A DNA stretch of 64,000 bases, from positions 2,208,001 to 2,272,000 of the forward strand of contig CAVVXN010000005.1 in assembly GCA_963752285.1 (NCBI GenBank), read 5' to 3'. The DNA comes from an uncultured Planctomycetota bacterium (lineage in GTDB: Bacteria > Planctomycetota > PLA2 > JAEUHO01). Under the pieces are notes generated by a model. The model worked only from the letters and a program-made list of their open reading frames with translations, made no database searches and was not told where the DNA came from. Made by a program: the position numbers and the translations under genes. Positions 57,744-64,000 of the stretch are shown one piece after another (within the stretch, counting starts at the first letter, position 1; the number at the start of each line of letters is the position of its first letter).

Positions 57744-58391
57744 TCAGTCGGGCAGCGCGCGGGCCAGGCTCACGCGCTCGACGAGCTCCGCGAGGGCCAT
57801 CGCGGTCGCGCCCCAGAGGAACAGGCCCTCGACGTCGAAGTACGGGACGTCGAGCTCGCGTCCCGCGACCCACCACGGACGGTGGCGGCGCCGCTCGGGG
57901 TCGGCGAGCTCGTCGAGCGACACGAGCACGACGCGCTCGACCTCGCGCGGGTCCGCGCGGAGCGCCCCCGGGTCGGGTCCGAGAGCGACGAGCACGTGGA
58001 GCCGCGTGTGGCTCACGGGAATGTCCACCGGCGCGAGCCGCCCGAGCCACCGCAGCTCCGGCGCGGCGAGCCCGATCTCCTCCTGGGCCTCCCGCCGCGC
58101 GGTCGCCTCGAGACTCTCGCCCGCGCGGGGTCTCCCGCCGGGGAGCGACACCTGGCCGCCGTGCTCGGGCAGGTCCTCCCCCCGGACGGTCAAGGGGAGC
58201 CACAACCACCCCGCACGCTCGAAGACGTACGCGAGGGCGGCCGCGTTGCGGGGCCGCTTCGTCTCCGAGCCCGGCGGGCGCGGTCCACGCCGGAGCGGCT
58301 CCATGCGCCGCTGTGCCGCTCGGGGGTCGAGCAGCACGTGCGTGAACGCGCGCTCGAGGGCCCGGGGAGTGAGGGGGCTCCGCTCGGCCAA
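57744..58391 (-). CDS. CoA pyrophosphatase, Nudix (NudL/Pcd1-like)
   Basis: LTVR...HGGQVSLPGG, ARREAQEEIG, LWGATA; TTG with GGAGGA RBS. Confidence 0.88.
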   Translation of the reverse strand: MAERSPLTPRALERAFTHVLLDPRAAQRRMEPLRRGPRPPGSETKRPRNAAALAYVFERAGWLWLPLTVRGEDLPEHGGQVSLPGGRPRAGESLEATARREAQEEIGLAAPELRWLGRLAPVDIPVSHTRLHVLVALGPDPGALRADPREVERVVLVSLDELADPERRRHRPWWVAGRELDVPYFDVEGLFLWGATAMALAELVERVSLARALPD

Positions 58392-58492
58392 CGATCCTCC
58401 GGGCCGCCAGCCCGTGGACCTCGCGGGACGGGCGGTCGCCGGGAGGGTACCTTCGCCCGCTTCGATCCCGACCCTCTCGCCCGGAGGTGCCC

Positions 58493-59989
58493 GTGTCCGT
58501 CCTCGCCTTCCCCTCGTCTCTGACGCAGGCGCTCCGCGGCGCCGACGCCGTGCTCCTCCTCCTCCCCGCCGGCCTGGCCGAGAAGGGCTGGGTCGGCAAG
58601 TCGCTCCACGCCCCATGGGCCGACACGGTCGCGCGCGCGCTCCGCGGCAAGGAGTCCGGGCCCGGCGGACGCACGATCTCGCTCGCGAACCCGGGCGCGG
58701 GGCCGTCGAAGATCGTCGTGGGCCTCCTGCCCGAGCGCGTCTCGCGCCACAACGCCCCCGCGCGCACCGAGGCGGTCGCGGCGGCCGCGGCGGCCGCCGA
58801 CCTCTTCGGCCAGCCCACCGCCGTGATCGCGGCGCTGGACGACCCGGCCCACGCGCTCCCCGTGGCCCGCGCGACCCTGCGCGGCGCGCCGCTCTACACG
58901 CGCCAGACCGTCGTCGAAGGGAAACGCCGCGTGACGAAGAAGCCGGCGCGGCTGTCGTTCCTCGCGCTCGACGCGCAGGGCAAGACGGTCCCGATCGACC
59001 TCGCGGGCCGCGCGCTCCTCGAGCGCACGCGGTGGGCGGCCCGGCTCGTGGACATGCCGACCTCGGAGCTCACGACGGCCGCCTTCGAGAAGGCCGTCCG
59101 GAAGGCTTCTCAGGGGTTGGCGCACGTGAAGGTGACCAGCATCCGGGGGGACGACCTCCTCGAGCACGGCCTCGGCGGAATCCACGCGGTCGGTCGTGCG
59201 GCCGAGGTCGCACCGCGCCTGGTCGTCGTCCACTACAAGCCGCCGAAGGCGAAGCGCCGCATCGCCCTCGTGGGGAAGGGCGTCGTGTACGACACGGGCG
59301 GTCTCTCCCTCAAGCCCAGCGCGTCGATGTTCGGGATGAAGAAGGACATGGCGGGCGCCGCGGTCGCCGTGGCGGCGGCGCTCGCGATGGCCGAGGGGAA
59401 GGCGCGCGAAGAGGTGATCGCCGTCGCGCCGCTCGCGGAGAACGCGATCGGCCCGGGCGCGTACCGGCCCGACGACATCCTGATCATGCACTCGGGAAAG
59501 ACGGTCGAGGTGAACAACACCGACGCGGAGGGCCGCCTGCTCCTCGGCGACGCCGTCTCGTGGGTCGCCAGGAAGTACCATCCCGACGTCGTGATCGACG
59601 CCGCGACGCTCACGGGCGCCCAACTGATCTCGACCGGCCTTCGCCACGCCGCGATCGTGAGCAACCGGGAGGGGCTCGAGCGTCTCGCGATCGCCGTCGG
59701 CCGGCGCACGGGCGACCTCGTCCACCCGCTGCCGTTCGCGCCCGAGTTCTTCCAGGACGAGTTCCGCTCGAAGGTGGCGGACATGCGGAACTCGGTCGCG
59801 AACCGCATGAACGCGCAGACGTCGTGCGCGGCGCAGTTCGTGTACAGCCACGTGCAGGACCTGGACGTGCCGTGGCTGCACGTGGACCTCGCGGGTCCCG
59901 CCGGCCGCGACGACCGCGCGACGGGCTTCGGGGTCCACCTCCTGGCCGAGGTGGCGACGTCCGTGCGCCCCGAGGACTGGAAGGCTTGA
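58493..59989 (+). CDS. M17 leucyl aminopeptidase, NPEPL1-like
   Basis: GKGVVYDTGGLSLK, MKKDMAG, NNTDAEGRL, ATLTGA, HVDLAG; GGAGG RBS. Confidence 0.92.
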   Translation: MSVLAFPSSLTQALRGADAVLLLLPAGLAEKGWVGKSLHAPWADTVARALRGKESGPGGRTISLANPGAGPSKIVVGLLPERVSRHNAPARTEAVAAAAAAADLFGQPTAVIAALDDPAHALPVARATLRGAPLYTRQTVVEGKRRVTKKPARLSFLALDAQGKTVPIDLAGRALLERTRWAARLVDMPTSELTTAAFEKAVRKASQGLAHVKVTSIRGDDLLEHGLGGIHAVGRAAEVAPRLVVVHYKPPKAKRRIALVGKGVVYDTGGLSLKPSASMFGMKKDMAGAAVAVAAALAMAEGKAREEVIAVAPLAENAIGPGAYRPDDILIMHSGKTVEVNNTDAEGRLLLGDAVSWVARKYHPDVVIDAATLTGAQLISTGLRHAAIVSNREGLERLAIAVGRRTGDLVHPLPFAPEFFQDEFRSKVADMRNSVANRMNAQTSCAAQFVYSHVQDLDVPWLHVDLAGPAGRDDRATGFGVHLLAEVATSVRPEDWKA

Positions 59990-60285
59990 CGCCCGTTCCC
60001 CGCGCCCGGGACCTCCCGGCGCGGATCGGCGGCGCGTCCGGGTCGGTTCGACGAGCCCGGACAAGCGTCCCGGACGAGCCCCCAGGCCGTGCGTCGGCCG
60101 GTCCTCCCCGCGGCATCCGGGTCGCCGAGCGACACGGGGTAGGCGCCGCCCGTACGAGACGCGGGCGAGGTACGGCCCGGCCGTTCGGGCGCGACGCCCC
60201 GCGCCCGTCCCGTCGCGTCCCGACCCGGGGAATTGCCCTGGCTCGGCCGGCGCGTAGAGTGTTCGCGGACACGGGAGGGACTCTC

Positions 60286-60822
60286 ATGCGAGCTTCGTTC
60301 GCCGCCGCCGTCGCCCTGGCGTTCGCGTTCTCCCTCGTCGCCCTCGCGGGACCGGCCCGGGCGGACGACCCGACGGCCCCCGCGGCGACGCCGGCGCCGG
60401 CGACGCCCGTCGCGACGCCCGCGCCCGCCACGGCGCCTCCTCCGGCACAGGCGCCGGCCGTCGCGCCCGCTCCGAGGGTCGTCACGTCGCCGATCGGCAC
60501 CGCGTCCCCGGGCTGGGCCTTCCGGTACGGGCCGTGCGACCGGTGCCAGGGCCTCTACCCCTGGTACCGCTGCCGGTGCGGGCCGCCCTGCGGCACGACG
60601 CTCCCCGCGGCGTGGCAGCCTCGCGCCTACCGCAAGGTCTGCTACGACCCCGCGTGGTACGGGCCTCCGTGCTACGGGCGGCCCTTCCCGTCCCGCCCGG
60701 CGCGTGGGTCCCGGCCGGCGCCCGTCGTCCGCGTCGCGCCCGTGGCGACGGCGCCCGCGCCGGCGCCGATCCCCGCCGCGGCGCCCGTCCCCGACGAAGC
60801 GCCGCCGCCCGTCGTCCGCTGA
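60286..60822 (+). CDS. Secreted Pro/Ala-rich protein with Cys/Tyr/Trp-rich core
   Basis: TTGCCC-16 nt-TAGAGT promoter-like pair, GGAGG RBS, signal peptide ending PARA-DD, 7 Cys. Confidence 0.72.
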   Translation: MRASFAAAVALAFAFSLVALAGPARADDPTAPAATPAPATPVATPAPATAPPPAQAPAVAPAPRVVTSPIGTASPGWAFRYGPCDRCQGLYPWYRCRCGPPCGTTLPAAWQPRAYRKVCYDPAWYGPPCYGRPFPSRPARGSRPAPVVRVAPVATAPAPAPIPAAAPVPDEAPPPVVR

Positions 60823-61721
60823 ACCCCGCGCGCGCCGAAGAGGGTTCGACGACTCCCTACGACCCCCAGGCCGTCGTCCGCTTCGGCACCTCCTCGTTCT
60901 CGTCCGAAGACTGGGTGGGGCCGTTCTATCCGCCCGGCACGCCCGCGGCCGCCTTCCTCGCGTACTACGCGCGCCAGTTCGACACCGTCGAGATGGACAC
61001 GACGTACTACCGCGTTCCGAGCGCACGTCTCGTGGACGGGTGGGCCGAGAAGACGCCGCCCTCGTTCCTCGTCTCGGCGAAGTTCCCGCGCGACGTCGTG
61101 CACGCCGGCCGGGAGGCCGCGCCGGACGCGCGCCTGATCCTCGACCCCGACCAGACGTACGAGGTTCGCGACCGGTTCCTCGAGGTGATGGGCCGGCTCG
61201 GACCGCGCCTCGGGCCGCTCGTGCTCCAGTTCCCCTACTTCAACCGCGAGGCGTTCCCGTCGGTCGGCCCCTTCCTGGACCGCCTGGACCGCTTCCTCGC
61301 CGACCTGCCTCGCGAGGGCCAGCGGTACGCGGTCGAGGTCCGAAACCGCGCGTGGGTCGCAAAGCCCCTCCGCGACCTCCTCGCCCAACGCGACACGAGC
61401 CTCGTGCTCGTGGACCAGGCGTGGATGCCGCACGGGGACGAGGTCGAGAAGAAGCTGGACCCCGTCACCGCCGACCCGGTCTACGTCCGGCTCCTCGGCG
61501 ACCGCAAGGCGATCGAGCGCGTGACGAGGCGGTGGGACCGCGAGGTCGTGGACCACGGGGAGCGGATGGAGCGCTGGGCCTCGCTGCTCGTCCGCGTGAT
61601 GCGTCGGGGCGTCCGCGTGGTGGTCTACGCGAACAACCACTACGCCGGGCACGGTCCCACGACGGTCCGCCGCCTGGTCGAGATGTTCGAGCGCGCTCGC
61701 GAGGTTCAGCGCCGGACGTAG
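60819..61721 (+). CDS. DUF72 (YecE) family protein; start codon non-canonical or uncertain
   Basis: GTSSFS, WVGPFYP, VEMDTTYY, LQFP, AVEVRN, YVRLLG, NNHYAG. Confidence 0.88.
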   Translation: MNPARAEEGSTTPYDPQAVVRFGTSSFSSEDWVGPFYPPGTPAAAFLAYYARQFDTVEMDTTYYRVPSARLVDGWAEKTPPSFLVSAKFPRDVVHAGREAAPDARLILDPDQTYEVRDRFLEVMGRLGPRLGPLVLQFPYFNREAFPSVGPFLDRLDRFLADLPREGQRYAVEVRNRAWVAKPLRDLLAQRDTSLVLVDQAWMPHGDEVEKKLDPVTADPVYVRLLGDRKAIERVTRRWDREVVDHGERMERWASLLVRVMRRGVRVVVYANNHYAGHGPTTVRRLVEMFERAREVQRRT

Positions 61722-64000
61722 ACGCCGTCGTGCGCGGCCGCGAGGCGGCGGAGCAGCTCGCTGTCCCTGCCGAGCGAGACCGCGTGGATGGCGATCCTCC
61801 GGGTCAGCTCGATCCGCGCGACCGCCCGGAGGACGTCCTGCGTCCCGACGTAGCGGCCCTCGCTCGGGGCGCCGTCGGAGAGGAGGAAGACGGTGTCCAC
61901 CTCGGGCTCCAGGAGCGCGGCCTCCAGGGCGTCGTAGAGGTCGGTCCCCCCGCCGGGCGTGGCGTCCCGGAGGAACGCGTCCAGGTCCTCGCGGGCCCGG
62001 GGGGTGAGGGGCGTAGGGTGCGCGTGCCACACCGAGACGCCGCCGTGGAAGACGGCGACGTACACCGAGGCGGCGTCCGGCAGCGAGCCGACCGCGCTCC
62101 GGACCTCCTCGACCGCCCTCTCGAAGCGCGAGCGTCCTTCGGCCGCTCGACCCGTCCCCTCCGCGTCTTCGAGGGCCATCGAGCCGCTGCCGTCCACCAC
62201 GAACGCCACGTGGAGCGAACGCACGGCGATCCCGTAGAAGCCGGCGCGCGTCGTCCCGCGGTCGAGCGCCGGAAACGGGGGCACGCTGGCCGGGAGGACG
62301 AACCCCGGGCCGTGCTCGTCGAGCCAACGTCTCCAGGTGGCGGCGTCGTCGTAGAGGTTCACGCCGGTGATCGCATAGAGCGCCTTCGCGACCGCATCCC
62401 GGACCCGCACGTTGTCCTCCTTCTCGAGGCGCTCCACGAGCGGCGGGATCGCCTCGGGGGCCCGGAGTCCCCCCAGCGCCTCGGCGGCCGCGAGACGGAC
62501 GGTCCAGCGCGGGTGCGCGAGGTCCGGCAGCACGCGGGCGCCCGCGCCCGCGGCGCCCGACGCGGCGATCGCGTCGATCCCGAGCACGTGGTCCTCCCAG
62601 TCGCGCGAGCCGAGGAGTCCTTCGAGGAAGGACCGGACCCGGGCGTCGTCCGAGCGAAGTCTCACGAGCGCGCGGATCGCCGCCTCGCGAACGAGACGGT
62701 CGCGGTCGCGGGCGCGCGTCAAGAGGACGGGCGCCGCGGCGACGACCCTCCGGTCGCCGAGCGTCTCCAGCAGGAGGACGACGACGCGCCGGTCGCGCTC
62801 CCGGCCCGCGCGGTCGAGGAACGCGCGCGTCACGTCGTCGCGGACCCACGACGAGAGCGCGTCGGCGGCCACGAGCCGCACCGCGACGTCACGGTGCTGC
62901 AGGCCCGCGAGCAGCGACCTGAGCGCCCCTACGCCCCGGATCGGCGCGAGGGCCGCGACCACGTCGGGAAGCAGCGCGGGGGGGGCGTCGGTCGCCATCC
63001 CGAGCATGGCCGTCACCGCGTCGCCGTCGCCGATCCGCCCGAGCACCTCGACGGCCGCGCGCGCCACCGTCTCGTCCACCGGGCGGTCGCGTGACGCTTC
63101 GATCGCGCGCGTCTTCGCCACCGCGGGGTCGAGGAGCAGCAGGTCCCGGAGCGCGTCGGCGCGGAGCGACGGCAGGGGCGACGCGATCGCCTGGACGACG
63201 ACGTACGCGGGCGGCCCGGACGGCAGGGTCGCGAGCCCTTCGTAGATCGTCCGCCGGATCGCCGCCGCCGACTGCACCCGCCACGTGTCGAGCGCCACCC
63301 GGACCGCCCTCTCGTCTCCGATCCACGCGAGGGCCCGGGCCGCCGCGCCCGCGACGTTCGCGGGCCCGCGCGCGGCGAGGTCGAGGAGGACCGTCTCCCG
63401 GTCGGGCGCGCCCATGCCGTGGAGCGCCGCGACCGCCGCGATCGCGATGGCCGGGGTCTCGCTCCGCGCGAGCGTCGTGACGCGCGCGGCGCCGAGATCG
63501 AGGTACGCGGCATCGCCCATCGCTCGAATCGCCGCCGTGCGGGCGTTCAGGTCGTGGTCGGTCGTCGCGAGGGTCCAGAGCGCCTCGAACGCGCGCGGCG
63601 TGCCGAGGCGCCCCACGAGGCCGATGGCCTCCGCGCGCTCGGCGTACAGGCGCGAGCCCTCCGCGGCGAGCCGCGCCGAGAGCGCCTCGAACGAGAGATC
63701 GGGCGGCGGCGCGCGGACACCGGACGGCGGGGGGAGACGCCTGCGCCACGCGGGCGGCGGCGCCGGCGCGGGCTCGTCGGTGGCGCGAAAGACGACGCGC
63801 GCGCCCGAGGGCGGCGGCGGCGCGAGCACGAACGCCTTCCCCCCGAGCGCGAAGGGGCGGCCCACCTCGATCCGCTCGCGTCCCGCCGGCGCGGCGTCGA
63901 GGCGACCGTCGCCGTCGAGGTCGAGCCACGCGAGCACGTGGGCCGGGTCGTCGAAGCGCACGTTCCCGTCGTCGCTCTCGAGCGCGAGCACGCGGACCCT
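61706..64000 (-). CDS. HEAT-repeat protein with C-terminal VWA domain (5' end outside window)
   Basis: Many HEAT repeats; WRRW...FYGI linker; MIDAS DGSGSM; GGTD; LSDG. Confidence 0.88.
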   Translation of the reverse strand, partial: RVRVLALESDDGNVRFDDPAHVLAWLDLDGDGRLDAAPAGRERIEVGRPFALGGKAFVLAPPPPSGARVVFRATDEPAPAPPPAWRRRLPPPSGVRAPPPDLSFEALSARLAAEGSRLYAERAEAIGLVGRLGTPRAFEALWTLATTDHDLNARTAAIRAMGDAAYLDLGAARVTTLARSETPAIAIAAVAALHGMGAPDRETVLLDLAARGPANVAGAAARALAWIGDERAVRVALDTWRVQSAAAIRRTIYEGLATLPSGPPAYVVVQAIASPLPSLRADALRDLLLLDPAVAKTRAIEASRDRPVDETVARAAVEVLGRIGDGDAVTAMLGMATDAPPALLPDVVAALAPIRGVGALRSLLAGLQHRDVAVRLVAADALSSWVRDDVTRAFLDRAGRERDRRVVVLLLETLGDRRVVAAAPVLLTRARDRDRLVREAAIRALVRLRSDDARVRSFLEGLLGSRDWEDHVLGIDAIAASGAAGAGARVLPDLAHPRWTVRLAAAEALGGLRAPEAIPPLVERLEKEDNVRVRDAVAKALYAITGVNLYDDAATWRRWLDEHGPGFVLPASVPPFPALDRGTTRAGFYGIAVRSLHVAFVVDGSGSMALEDAEGTGRAAEGRSRFERAVEEVRSAVGSLPDAASVYVAVFHGGVSVWHAHPTPLTPRAREDLDAFLRDATPGGGTDLYDALEAALLEPEVDTVFLLSDGAPSEGRYVGTQDVLRAVARIELTRRIAIHAVSLGRDSELLRRLAAAHDGVYVRR

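Noticed and set aside
57705..57748. GCCGAAG...CTCTCAG resembling a glycine riboswitch
   Set aside because: Lacks the GGAGA element, lies between convergent 3' ends, and is better explained by the inverted-repeat element.

Overview
A very GC-rich (roughly 75% by eye), gene-dense bacterial chromosomal segment. The HEAT-repeat/VWA, carboxypeptidase-regulatory-like and Cys/Pro-rich secreted proteins suggest a Planctomycetota-type genome (inference, no search run). It holds about 55 genes, mostly unlinked housekeeping and accessory functions: class III adenylate cyclase, YfbK-like VWA lipoprotein, PhoX phosphatase, proline dehydrogenase, SSADH, MBL-rhodanese fusion, SH3-M48 protease, two YceI paralogues, PilZ protein, AhpC, PyrC, EboB/EboA-like pair, HemF, ATP-grasp plus CocE hydrolase, Pyk, NrfA, 5'-3' exonuclease, M1 and M17 aminopeptidases, ferredoxin, and an RmlC plus split-transketolase sugar locus. 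I saw no rRNA, tRNA, CRISPR array or transposase. Most very long ORFs in the supplied track are antisense shadows of real genes. Observations not explained by the ORF track: (1) a 30-aa micro-lipoprotein gene with its own -10, RBS and hairpin; (2) two unrelated exported proteins ending in an independently coded Cys/Asp + (GHH)n tail; (3) an 11-bp-phased PHO-box-like array upstream of phoX; (4) two intergenic fold-back elements with related CCYGTGAA ends, one MITE-like and one possibly a 6S-like RNA; (5) seven apparently leaderless genes with TAnnnT 6-7 nt before the start codon; (6) an orphan CxxCH-type nrfA, a lone eboB-eboA pair and an NPEPL1-like aminopeptidase; (7) several broken genes. 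All family assignments come from motif recognition by eye.
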